DNA of 64,000 nt from NCBI GenBank assembly GCA_026023565.1, contig JAPETS010000012.1, positions 124,001 through 188,000 on the forward strand. The letters are read 5' to 3'. The notes under the pieces are model-generated. The model worked only from the letters and a program-made list of their open reading frames with translations, had not been told where the DNA came from and did not search any database. Source of the DNA: Cirrosporium novae-zelandiae. Lineage: Eukaryota. Both the position numbers and the translations under genes were made by a program. Positions 24,799-37,344 of this stretch are shown in pieces (within the stretch, counting starts at the first letter, position 1; every line of letters begins with the position of its first letter).

Positions 24799-25866
24799 TC
24801 AAGGTAGGTAGAAGACTTCTTCAAGGGGTTTCCACCAAGTTCCATTGGCACTCCCTGTTGCTCCAGGGACTAAGCTCTCCTATAATTATCTTAGATTAGC
24901 AAATACTTCATGAAGGCAATAGAAAACCTACTTGCATAGCATCAGTCATTGACCACCAAGCCTGAACTTTAGGATTTTCAGCCATTCGTTTCATATCACC
25001 CTCCCAATCATTACCGATGTATCTAAATGTCGCAAAGAGTGTACGATCATTGTCATAGAATATTGAGTCTGAGAACTAAATAAGCCGTGTCATGCGGGAA
25101 CCCCAGTTTCCATATACTCACAATCCGCAATATTACTTTGTTTGATCTGATCGAGAACCTCTGGCCAAACCCTACTATGACACTCTTTATAGCCCGCTAC
25201 TGCTTCTGGTTTGAGGTGGATAATTTGAGCAATCCTACCCCCTGAGAATACAGGATTAGGTTGTGGTTGCTGGCTGGTTGACATGGTGGACAATGGAGAA
25301 ATGGGCTGCAGAGATTGGATCGATTGATCTGGTAAATATTGTAATGGCGATGACATCTGAGCCTGGGGTGGAAACGGTTGTTGCAGTTGGCTTTGCTTAA
25401 GCTGCTGTTGATGTTGTGCGTCCTTCTTCAATAATCCTTTTTTTATCCTTTGAGCAACTTTCAGCTCAACCTCTTCGCCGTATTTCTCCTTCAAGCACTC
25501 TAGAATTTCCTGTGGCTTTGTAGCTTCTGTAACATGTAGATGCCTAGCAACGGCTCCTTGAACCCATCTCTGGCGAGTAGGAACTGCTCTCTTAATGCGT
25601 TCCCTGGTATTCTGGCAAGTGTGTTGGGGATTCAGCACACTAATGAAGATTGCACCGTTTTCGTCAAGATTGGCGCGAATTCTCCAAGGGCAGTTGGAGA
25701 TTTTATCGGCACAAATGAGAATAGCGCGAGTAGTATCTTTATGATTGACCTTGTAGTCAAATTTGGCGCGGACGGACCAGTCATTGATGACCTCGATAAA
25801 ACTGGAGTAATCAGGAAATGTTGAGCCGACCTTCGGGGGAGCATGAAGAGACAAGAGGGCACTCAT
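24799..25866 (-). CDS. Fusion of a MuDR/MULE transposase-type DNA-binding domain, a Gln-rich linker and an L-rhamnose mutarotase (RhaM/DUF718) domain; exons 25866-25122, 25068-24932, 24879-24799
   Basis: N-terminus VGSTFPD..CADKISNCPWRIRA..HTC. C-terminus RIAQIIHLKPEAVAGYKECHSRVWPEV..D/YSIFYD..LFATFRYIG..AWWSMTDAMQ/ESLVPGA..WWKPLEEVFYLP*. Both introns are canonical and keep the frame. Confidence 0.85.
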
Positions 25867-26452
25867 GATTTCAAATTATGGCGTGGAGACTGTGGGGAAG
25901 ATACGGATTACCACCTTGCTGTGGCAATTGAGGTGCGACCATGTAGAGTCAAAATCCTCGGGGGGAGAGTGAGAATAAATTCCGATCCATCTTTACCACC
26001 CCGTGCTACCTTGCTACATGTCTCTTCCTTGTAGTTGTCTAGTTGTTACTCTACATTATTATTATTGAATTTCTAATATATTAATTCTCATCTCTCAATC
26101 AAATAAATATTTCATTCAGGTTATTAAGTAATAAGATGATATTGGTTTTTAGATGTGGATGAACGATGCCTTACAAGGCTAAGCTTCATCACACTGCGTT
26201 ACCGCTTTTTCTTCTTGTCGAGGCTAGAGGCGTGCCTGGAAACCATCTAGGACATGATTCATCCTGTTACCTGGTACTATGTCCAGACCTGTATCCCACC
26301 TGGAGGGAAGATAAGCCGATGCAAAGCTCCCGCCACCCTCGAGTCTTTCCTGCAGAATGCTCCGATCCAATGCAGCCTTTGTCCCAATGAAACAACGCCT
26401 TCTCCGGCTCCCGTTTCTCCCTGCATTCATAAGGCTGAAGACCCTGGGATAT

Positions 26453-28136
26453 TTAATATATAGTTTCGATCATGTATACCAATCCAAAGAATAAGAAAGC
26501 AATGGCGCCACCAATAGTCACTACCAACAGTCAACTTTACCGATAATTTATCATGTTATTATTAGGAAGACTTACCAACTCTAAGGCTGACTCTACCAGC
26601 GATGGCACGGCCGCCTATAACGGCTCCGGCGGTACACAACGAATGACCGAAGATAGCACCGCAGGTAACCCACCAGTAATCTTGACCAGCGGCCATGGCA
26701 ATCGTGGCAATTTGACTTCGATCACCCCATTCACCTAGAAATGTCATTATGAAAGTTTGTACCCATGCAGGGCTTAAAAGAAATGAAAAAAGATTGTGGA
26801 ATCCAGCGAGTAGGTTCGAGAAGGAGGAATAAGGACTTGGAGAAGGCGAACGTGATGAGGATGATGAGGGACTTGCTGGTGGAGAGGGTAGGCGTGAATT
26901 TGATCGGGTCTTTCTAGACCCTGCACGACCAGATTCAAGGATATAAGGCGAAATTGAAGACCGTCGTCGGTTCATCTTTCGTGATTGATGTGCTTTCTCC
27001 TCCAACTCCATTTCAACCTCCTTCATTTCTTCACTGGGTGTGTCATCCGGACTCATTTCAAGCCCTTCTCTTAGCATTTTAGCACCAAAAACGAAGAATA
27101 ATACGGTGGCTGCAAGATGGGTGTATTTTTGAGGCAACAGCGTTGGCACTGCGTGTCCGAAGATGGCTGAAAGTACTGTCATCACCAGAAGCGCGCAGAA
27201 GGCTGAAGAAAAAACCAGGAGTCTGGGATGCTTCATTGCCATAAGAGCTGCAATTAAAAACGTTTTGTCGCCAATCTCTGAGAATATTATCATCGAGAAG
27301 GAGAGTAGGAAGGAATGTAGGGGCTGTATAATCCCTTCATCTTGTACCGAGCCCGGGGGCAGTCCGGGGCCAGTGTGTACGATGGGCTTTTCAACATTAA
27401 GCGGGTCATCTTTGACGGATGAGGCTGGCATCGGATATGGAATATCATGAGGCTTCTCCGGAAGGTCTGTTGGTTTCTGTAGAGTAATTAGCACAGTTCG
27501 TGCCACATTTTGCGTAAGCACTTAACCAACCTCGAGACCATTCAAAGGTTTCTCTTTTACCGGTTCTTCCGTAGACGTGCCAGAGCCTTTCTCAAATGTT
27601 TCTTTGCCTTCTTGCTTTGCCAGCTTCTCTTGCTCGCTATGTGGTAAGGGAGGAGCCTCTTTTGGTGGATCAGGTTTCTTATCGGGCTTTGTACCAATGC
27701 GTCCCTGGGTCTGTCTATCTCTACTCTTTTCAGAGACGCCACCCTCAGTGCCCCTAGTGCCTTCCTTGGGTAGTATCCGGTTGGGATCATCCATAACCCC
27801 GTCGTTGGATTCCGGTATAGCTGGCACCAACTTCCATCCATCTCGCTCGGTCGTTGATAGGGGTGTGTCGCGCAATGTTGTTGGTACAGGTTTGGAAGGG
27901 GCATCATCGTCGCCAGCAATTTTTGCCAACTTTCTATCTCTCTCAGCTGCTGTCTCCACCCATGGACCGGCATGTGGTTTTCCATCCTTGCCATCAACCG
28001 GAGCATAAAGGGTACCGGCTTCAGCTTTGGAGGTGGCTATAGCAGGAGCTGCATCCGCAGTTGCGAGGGCGACGTGCGGGAAGATTACCGGTAAGAGGAG
28101 GAGAAATAGAGGGGACGGTATATTAGGGAGCTTCAT
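26453..28136 (-). CDS. GDT1: GDT1/TMEM165 (UPF0016) Golgi Ca2+/Mn2+ transporter with long luminal N-terminus; 3 exons
   Basis: Twin family motifs SEIGDKTF and GEWGDRSQIAT; signal peptide MKLPNIPSPLFLLLLPV; last exon VTIGGAIAFLFFGLVYMIETIY*. Confidence 0.92.
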
Positions 28137-28871
28137 GACGAATAGGAGAATATATGGAAGTGTGTGTGTGGTATGTCAAGAAAGGAAACGGTAGACAGTA
28201 ATAGTATGCGTGACAATTATGGCTGACGAATTAAAAGCTGGTAGGCGGTACTTCGTAGACAATTGAGAATAGAGAAATAAAGACTGCACCTAGAGAGCCA
28301 TGATTAGTTAAGGTTGTAAAGAAGAAATGTAAAACAAAATGTGAAAATACGGAGACTATCATCGCATTGCTTTGGTACGTTTTGAGAATTAGCTACTGTG
28401 TACTGTGGAGCAGGGATGACTCTGCAGCACCACCAGTAGTACGTGGCGTTCTATAATTAAAAACTGGGCACCTTTACCCTAATTGGTTTAGTATGATCTG
28501 GTGGCTGATCCGAATTGAGGCTTGCCCTTTTACTGCCCTTTGCTGACCTTTGGCCCCCCTTTCTGTTGTTTGATCCGTTTGCCTTTCTTTTACCGGACAC
28601 GCCACAAGAGGCTATTACTGGCTAGTATTCCCCGCAATTCCACTAGTCCAGATAAGTACTTTCCGGTCTAACCTCTTTCTGACCTCTTCCTGAAACTACC
28701 ACCACAACTCTCTTCACCTTTCGATAGCATCCTCATCAGCTACACCATACCATACACCCAATCAATGGCTTGTCTAAAATTGGGTTTTCATCTTTTACCA
28801 CACTTTTGTTGCCTACTCTCTGTTAGCAAAAGTCTCCCTCCAGAGTCATTATTCTTCAGCTGTACCTGACA

Positions 28872-31669
28872 ATGGCCACAAGAAGAATAACCAGGAGTCA
28901 AAGCCGAGAGCTTAGTTATAGCGAGGCACTGGCTCAAGGGCTTCAGAGGATTACAAGAACTGTCAAACCTACGACTAAGCATTCAAGTAAGCTACACTGT
29001 TATATTTTTACCAAGTCATAAAATACTTTCCTATAATATATTACGCGATTACCTTCGAGGTTATTTCACGGTATGTGTAACTAGGAGACTGACCTAAAAA
29101 AGTAGTGGACTTATCAATCGTCGACGAATACGTCCAAGATGATGATGACTATGAAGATGATGACAATGACGACAATTCGCAAGACATCGCATCAACAAAC
29201 GAGTCGCAACATCGAGGATCGCGTTTCTCCTCGGTCGGATCTGACAGTGACACTCATTCGATAGAAGAGATCAGAGATCTTGATCCTAATCAAATGATGG
29301 AGGGCCTCAAAGATCTTTCAGTAGAGTCAGATAAAATCCTCGATTTTTTTGGCAGCCAAAGTTCTTCCAAACTGTCAACAGACAACCTATTAAAAGACCT
29401 CCAACTTCCTCGCTCAGAAGCAAACAAGCAATTGAGTGGTCTTTTTCTTGACAAATATGACCGCACATGCTATAATTTTGGAAGTGATCGATACATTGAT
29501 ACATCTATTGCTGTAAGAGGTCTATTCGGGGTTACGGATCCTAAAGATGTGGGACACAACTCGTGGAAGCTCGCTCCAGTTTTCCAACGAGCAAACCTTG
29601 CTACGCTTAGTATACTCATAATTAAATCAGAAGAGGGGACGGAGATTTGTCGAGGGAATTTAGAGCTTCTTGACCGACAGTTTCCCAAAGTCTTTGTGAC
29701 TGATTTTCAACTACCATCCGAACCGTCAAAACATTCTCTTGGACCCGGTAGTAGTATCTTATATCCGGAAACCTTTGACCTTGCTTTAGATCTCCGCACC
29801 CAATATTTCATAAGTCAAGTACAGTTTCACCGCCGCCATGATCCTAGTTTTGACCCAGATGAGATAATTCGTGATGTATTTTGGGTTGATTTAGAATCTG
29901 GATCCCCAGAATCTGTTGTCAAAGGGTGGGCCGTTCTGGGCTCCAATGAAGACGATTATAGAACGTTGCCCGCAGAATACCAGAAAAAACTGAGGAACCG
30001 AATTCGTATGCTTTCAAGCACCTTTACTAATGATTCGGATAATGGCAGTAGCTTGGAACAACTTGAGGAGGAGTTCTCGTGGGATGATTTTGTGTATGCA
30101 TTAATGGATTGGGTAAAGCGGAGGAAGAATGAGATTGACCACGAAATTGAACGCTTCGGAGGTGTGATTAATATCCAGAAGTTCGTCAAAGAAGAACTAC
30201 AAAGGTCAGGTAAATCTTCGGATCTAAGTTTGAGTGCACCTGTTATTGGACAGAACCAACCAACAGCCACACATGATGGACTGTCTATTTCTGCTTCTGC
30301 CCCTCTGCGTACTTCTGCCGGTACCGTACCAAAAATCAATGCAGGGGTAAGGTAAGCAATCATCTGCTCTCAAGGGTAATTCAACTATTAACATTGTGTT
30401 AGTTTCAACAACATATCTTTTATACGGCAGATGCGCCAGCCCATAAGCCAAAAGCCAATAACCAGTTCTGGCCAAACCAGTACACCTATTCCGCGAGGAT
30501 CAAACGTAAAAACTTCAGTTTCGGCACCTCCTAAAGTCAGAACAGAGAGGATAGAATATCAAGATGATGACTGGCAACCGTCTATTGATGGATGGGGTCT
30601 TAGCCCCGGAGATGGAGTAGTGGATACTGGAGAACCACCATCTCCCAGCCAACAACTCGCTCGTGAGGAAGCCAGCAGGCTGCAACAAAACGAGCACACG
30701 AATGACTCTGTTAGAAGGTCAGGATCCAGACCCAAAAAACGCTTACTTGACCGTCAGGAAGATGCTAGTCGCGTAAGCCCAGATGCTGATTGGGAGGACA
30801 GCCAAACTCGCTCTGACAGACACCCATCTAAAAAGTCTCGCCGTGCAAACAATAAAACAAATAATGAGAACGATAAGGACGGGGAGGATGATTCGGCCGA
30901 ACCCGATCAGAATTCAGGATATGAAAAGGATACACGACCATCTGACGTTCGGAAGCGGCGCGCTTCAAAGCCAATGCCGCAACAGGCAAATCGTCCTCCT
31001 AGAAGAACGCAGAACGATCCTCAAAGTTCTTCCGCCACTAACTCACGAAGAGACGTCCCACTGGGAATCATGAAAGTCCCAACCCCAGCGCAGGCCAGTA
31101 CCAGAGCGCCATCAATCACACCGCCACAGACACAACCATCATCTAGCAGAGCAATACCCCGAGGAAGCCAAGCCTATAAGGAGCTAAAGGTAAACGAGAA
31201 AGCCAAAATGGATGTTGCTGCATCAAAAGACCTCAGAATCCAAAAGCGGATTCCCTGGAGTGCGGAAGAAACGGAGACGCTAATTGACCTAGTTGGCGAG
31301 ATCGGTACCAGCTGGTCGGCAATCGAAGGCCATGACAACACCCATAAGCGTGTGCTAATAGGAAGAAACCAAGGTTCCTTGAAAGACAAAGCAAGAAATA
31401 TCAAGATGGATTTTCTTAAGTACGTTATGTAACCCTAACCCTAACCCTATACTCCCATCATACCCCCCAAAAACCAACCCTACTAGTTTTTATCTTATCT
31501 TATCTTACACAATCTAATCTAATCAACCTGTTTGCTTGCCTGCTTATCCAGGGCCCGAATCCCACTCCCGAAAAACTTCAACCTCGTCGTCATCACCGGG
31601 CCCATGATAGCGCAGCTGGAGAATATGGGTTTGCAGTATGACCAAACCAGAGGGACTTTGAAACCATGA
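28872..31669 (+). CDS. Telobox Myb/SANT protein (TRF/Taz1-like telomere-repeat-binding factor); exons ~28872-28986, 29103/29106-30346, 30431-31419, 31552-31669
   Basis: Single C-terminal Myb RIPWSAEETETLIDLV..GTSWSAI..RNQGSLKDKARNIK with telobox-type LKDKARN; large helical central domain; splice phases are consistent from MATRRITRSQSRE to ..GTLKP*. Confidence 0.75.
31430..31449 (+). repeat. Interstitial telomeric repeat (TAACCC)3, i.e. (TTAGGG)3 on the minus strand
   Basis: taaccctaaccctaacccta, starting 10 nt downstream of the GT donor at 31420. Confidence 0.85.
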
Positions 31670-32960
31670 AGAATAAAGAGGTATTATTGGATTTGAAAAT
31701 GAAAGTACAATCGCAACGAGGAAGGAGGAAGTTTGAGAATCTCGGTTGGAATAAGGGAAGGGGGGGGGGGGAAGTTTTTTTTTCATTTAATTCCCCGATA
31801 CTGTGTTAGGGAAGCTAGAGCTATGTTAGTTGGCGGGTCCTGGTGGCTTGATTGGTAGTTTTAGTGGCTTGGTGGTTTGGTTGGTGGCGCTTGTTGGGCT
31901 TGGGATTTAAGTTGGAAAGATAACACCCATACCCCCCATCCCATCTCAGCTTGTTCATGTATATTTTTCCTCTCGCCCCCCCCCCCCCTTTTTTTTTTCT
32001 AAGAGAGGAGGAATACCAATTACTTTTTTTGTATGTATGTATGTTCATTATCTAGGTCTTTTTTTTCTTTCTAGAGGGGGACTATGAAGGCTATGGTTAT
32101 ATTTGTGGATTATCCTACTCCTTTGTCTTTTTTTCTGGAGTGTAAATAATAATAATGGGGTTCCTTTTTGGGTCTTTTGGGGGTTGGTTTGGTTGGTTTT
32201 GTTGGATGCATGGGTTGATAACTTGAGATTGCTTCTCTTTCTCCTCCCAATTGGAGGTAGTGGATAGTGTAGTAGGACATGGATGTGTTTATCTTCAAAT
32301 TGGATTTGTATATTTGCAGGTTCATGTTTCATGTCAGATGTGATCAGCACAGAATAGCTAGATGCATGCATCTAACTACTCGAGTGGGGTTCGGTTCTTT
32401 GGTATGGTAATCGGTTATCGGTAATCGTAAAGATCTGATTATAGATGTAGATGTGTAGATATGCAGCATAGTTGATTTAACCCACTTCTATTTCTTTATG
32501 AATTCGTGGTGAGGTGAGGTGAGGCGAGGAAGCAGTGTGGGTGTTGAGTTCCGCGTGTTGTAGTGTTGTAGAGGGAGGGGCTAGTTTAGTTTTGTTTGAT
32601 TTCCCGCTCTCGTAAGTATGGGGATGGTTAATGTCGTTAAGGGAAGGGAGGACTCGAGGGACGGAGGAAGGGAGAGGAAATTTTTGGTGGGTTGGATCGC
32701 ATCGTGTCGCATCGGCAGTGGTAATGATGGAATGAATGCTCGAAGTATATGGAATATGGTATATGATATCTTGTCGGGAAAAGCCGTGGTTTCGAAGCGC
32801 GTTGATGACTTGGTAGTATGCATGCATGGCTATTGCGATACCTGGTGCTGGCGCGCTAGATGCTAGAACCGCTTTTCAGATTCCAGCATCAACACCGATA
32901 ATAAAACTTGTACGCCACTTCGCGGGTGGGCACATATAACGTCACCCTCATAGAACCGAA

Positions 32961-34749
32961 TTAATCACTCCCGCTATCATCCACTGCTTCTTTCTCACTT
33001 AACCCCCCATCCTCATCTTCATCCTCATCTTCATCCACCATCATCACCTCACCAACCTTCATCTTCCCCTGCAAAACCTTCTCCCTCCTCCTCTCACCCT
33101 CCCTAGCTCTCTCCCCCTTCTTCTCCCGCCGCCGTGCCTCCATCTTCTCTTCTTTTTCTCGGAGATCTGCGTTCGCGTTTGTGAGGTCGACGAGATGGGC
33201 CAGGAGCTTTTTTTGCTGCAGGGTTTGCGCGTGGAGTTTGGCTTTTAGGGTTGCCAGTTCTGTTGCGGTTGAGGATTGCTGGGGGTCTGGGGAGGAGGGT
33301 AGGGGGATGTAACTTGTTGTGGTGGTGGAGTGGGTGGAGAGTTCAGAGAGGCCTGCTGCTAGTATGGAGGCGGGGAATGAGGGGTGGGTTAGGGAGGTGG
33401 CGAAGGTGGTTTGTGGGGCGGTTGATTCTGCTGCGGAGGAGAGGGATAGAGATGAGGATGGGAGTATGGCTGTAGGGAATTTGGCTGAGAAATTGTAGTT
33501 TGCTGGTATGCCGTGGGTGTGGTTGCCACCTCCCGTGCTAGTAGTGTCTGACAGCGAGTGGTCGTATCTTGGTTTTATCACGGCGTCGAGTTTTAGATTT
33601 GGTGGATGTTCGTTTGGGAAGCCTGAAGGTGGAAGCATGAGGATATTTGTGATTGGGATGGAGATGCTGGATACAGTCGCGTCGTATTTTCCGGTGTAGG
33701 CGTCCCAGGCGGTGATTTTTCCGTCGCTGTGGCCCGATAGCAGGGTGCTACCGTCGTAGCTCAGAGCGAGGCATTGGCAAGCTCCTACAGAGTCGTCGGG
33801 AGCTATGTGACAGTCGTTGGGGGAAAGCTGTCTTGGGGCATTTTGGGTAGAAGCATCTCCTAGTGGGCTTTCTAGGGATTTGGAGGCATAGAAATCAACT
33901 CCCTGGATGCTGCCGTTAGAGTATCCTATACAAAAACCTCGATCGGCAGGTTCAATGGTTAAGCATAATGGTGTATGTGGCAGTAGATATGTTAGCAGAG
34001 GAACGCCATTTGTATAGGACCAGACTATGCATGTATTATCCTCAGATGCCGATATGGCGATATTGGTATCGGGGGAACTGTGACCCAGGGCCAGACTTGT
34101 GATGGGCGCACGATGGTTAGATAATGTCCTGACTGGAGTATCATGTGGCGATTCAGTTTGGTCTATTGAAGAGTCTTGTATAAAAGAGAGAAGGTTTGGT
34201 AGGGACCAGACATGTATATTTGAATCTGCGGATCCAGAGAGCACGAAGTTGGAGCTTGCATCGATAGAGAGGCATGTTACAGGTTGAAGGTGGGAGGCTT
34301 GAGTGGTTACTTGTCGGCCGGTACAGACCTAAAAGAATAAATTATCAGCATCATCCTGCAGAGAATATAGAAAAATATCAATGAGCGATTCAACATACCT
34401 CCCAAACAATAACGCGCCCTCCTTCCGTCCCCAAGATCAAAAATCCAGCACCTCCGTCGCTCTCCGCAAAAACAACACTGTGGATTTTTTCTGGGAAAGG
34501 GATGAGGGTCTCCTGGTTCCCTTTCTCGCGATTATAGACGTGCACAGCCGCCTTCTCGGCCTGCGCGGCGTATACGTGGGAGGAGCTCACAGCCAAACAT
34601 TTCGGTGGAGTTGAGCTCTTCTTGAAGCTTGCTCTTGTTGCTGAAATGGGCTGCAGCTCATGAATGTGGATTCCGGCATCTTTAATAACGGCGGGAACTG
34701 CAGACTTCTCTGAGCTCAAAGTCGAGTATATGAAGCTTTCGGTAAGCAT
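32961..34749 (-). CDS. IPI3: Pre-rRNA-processing WD40 protein Ipi3 (Rix1 complex); intron 34329-34398
   Basis: MLTESF..FKKSST..HVYAAQAEKAAVHVY..GNQETLIPFPEKI..LGTEGGRVIVWE/VCTGR..SHLQPVT..LSGSADSNIHVWSL; WD repeats followed by a C-terminal coiled coil. Confidence 0.9.
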
Positions 34750-35236
34750 ACTGATTGTGTTGAAAGCTGTGCCCAGATAATATACGTACCTGTAGGTTGG
34801 TATCTTGGATGTTGGGAAGGGTCTTGATAATTTTTCTGTGGTGTTTGAATTGTTTGCACACCCCAATCCCACAATCGCTTTTTATTAGCCGAGTCGTCAT
34901 CCCACATCGGGTTTCACTACATGACTATTTACAAACCGGAGGATAGCTTGTTAAGCTTCGATACTTGCTTCCACTTTAGAAATTACATCTTTGTGGGCGG
35001 GATTTTGGATGATGTTTTGATATAGTGGTAGAAAAGTCCTTGCGAAATGAAACGAAACGGGTTTATTAACTACCACAGTAATTTGGACTAGAACTTAGCG
35101 ATATAATGCCGTGTCTGTCTTGTAGCTATGCTACCTTAGTCCATCCAACATCGTTTAAGGTAATAATACTGTCTTGCCCACCCCAAATACATGCAGAGCC
35201 CACATCCAAACAACAGTTACGACCATCCAGTTCCCT

Positions 35237-36190
35237 TTATTTCCCCTCGAGCTCCTCCTTAACAACCCCCATATCCGGAATCCCAGCTTTCAAGTTCCAC
35301 TCCATAGTCTCACAAACAATCCTCGCAATATCCAAAGCAAACTTCACCTGCTCCTCCTTTCCCCCATTCCGGATGAGCCCACGCATATGCCATTGGACCT
35401 GGCTCGGCGCATCCAGAGGGAGCAACGACCCAATCGTAACTTGCGATGTTTCGATGGCGCTTAAGACTGCTGTCTCGGACATGTAGAGCCCAAATTCTAG
35501 ATTGACGGCTCCTTGCACTATGCAAAATTGATTTAATATTTTTGTTCTGCTAGATCGATCGTAATTTATGGAGGCTAGTGGGAGAAGAAAGAGACAAGCA
35601 TACTCAGATCTGGCGCTATGCGTTCCATAGGTAAGAGGACCCTGTCTGTGACATTCCGGTAGATATTTCGAAAGTATTGCATTCCGCGTTCTGTAAGGTC
35701 AAGAGGGTTTTTAACATCCTTCCGCACATTCAATACGGGTTCCGGGGACAAGGCTAGGAGTTCCTCGTCTTTTAGGATGTCGGCTGCGAGGGGGTAGAAC
35801 GCGTTCAGAGTTCGTGGTACTCCGTATAGCATGAGCCCCTTCATGAGTCCCTCTAGGATGCGCCGGAGAATTTCTCGTCTCTTCTCTGCTGGCTGGCCTG
35901 CTGTTATAGCGGAGTAGAGATGGGGTACTGCCGGACCAGCATTGCTGGATGCGAGCGCGTTAGCCTATGATAGACTTTATCAGTATTCAATTGATTGGGT
36001 TTTTCGTGTTTGCGAATCTACTGTAGTGATATGGAGTACGAACGACAATGCAATACCAGGCAGGCTGATTGTTCTCAAGATTTGGTTCGAGCGCCTGGGC
36101 TCGAGATACAATTGATGCTACCTGCGCTTTGAAATCGTTTGGGGCTGCTAGGGTTGGTAGCAGCTTCGTGAAATTATCTTTGGACGCCAT
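35237..36190 (-). CDS. AhpD/carboxymuconolactone-decarboxylase-like protein, 3 exons
   Basis: RRILEGLMKGLMLYGVPRTLNA; ERGMQYFRNIY; FGLYMSETAVLSAIETS..QVQWHMRGLIRNGG, the pattern of fungal AhpD-like proteins. Confidence 0.75.
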
Positions 36191-37344
36191 CTTGAATAAA
36201 TAGTAATTGTGCTTGTTAGTGATTCCCGTCTCAGTTCTCAATTGAAACGTAAAGCAAATTCGAAATGTCGCAGTTCAATGGTACAAGGATGCAAATGCTT
36301 TGGAGAAGGAAGATGCGAGACTTCAATCTAGCAGTTCATACACTAATTCACCCAGATGACGATAATCAGACATCCCTCTACATGGGGTTTGCTAACGCAT
36401 CTGCAATTGAGAAGTTTATCCAACATCCTTGGATATGTTCGTTCTCCTACTTGTAAAAATCGACAAGAGATCGGTCTGGCTCCATGTCTTCGGAAAGGCT
36501 CGCTCATGAGAAAGAAAGAAAAAGGTACCAATAGCTATCGCCGGTCTTCGATTGTGGGTACCTTTCTGTTATCGATCATGGCGATCGACTGGTATAGTTC
36601 TCTGGGCTTAAACAAATGGAAGAGTTTCTCTCTGCAAGTATGGCGTGAATTGCGGGGCAATTCGCTGTTCTTGGATCTCCACTTGGGTTCCTCGTCTAGG
36701 GATGGACTGACTTGCAAGAAACATCAAGACATTGGTCTTCAAGTGTCCTTTGTGGCTGACGCACAAGGATCAGGGAATTTACTGCCACCAGGCCCAACCC
36801 GTTAACCACAACGGCTTGCAATAGGTTATTTGCACGTCCTTGACAGGACTTTCGAGGATGAAGATTGGAGACGAGCTCTAGGTAACTCGTACATCGATTG
36901 AACAATCCATCTAACTTCTCGGACCTTTACGTCTCCGTTCCTTGGAGACGAGGATACCTCTAGGGTATCCCATTTCTCCATCTACCTTCTCAAAAAGCAC
37001 GTAACAATTGTTTTTATAAATTAATCCTTAAGCGTATCATACATTTTAAACACCTACTAGAATATAAGGCGGAAGAGGAAGAAAAGCACATTTATAAATC
37101 TTTATTAACCTAAAGGTGAGCTGGATATGTATTAGTAGTGGCCGACGGCTCGGTTCTAGGATAATTATAAGATACGATTAAAGACTTCAGGTTTATCTAT
37201 CTATCTACTCAGTTTTTACATATAGACAATATAAGTAGGTCTTTGGTATAATCTTCAGTAAAGAAATCATAATTAAATATTATCAAAAGTATCTGTTTGG
37301 TATAACGCCTACAATTGGCGAGGATATATCAGAGTCATCACATT

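Noticed and set aside
25400..25866. Autonomous Mutator transposon
   Set aside because: No DDE or SWIM domain, terminal inverted repeats or target-site duplication are visible; only the DNA-binding part is present, fused to a host enzyme.
27522..28136. Separate secreted protein upstream of GDT1
   Set aside because: A short intron joins it to the transporter exon; it is the luminal N-terminal extension of GDT1.
36265..36960. Short ORFs between the AhpD-like gene and the ankyrin pseudogene, considered as the missing CorA tail
   Set aside because: No TM helices or CorA GMN-like motif found in the frames I read; may be an unrelated relic but cannot be supported.
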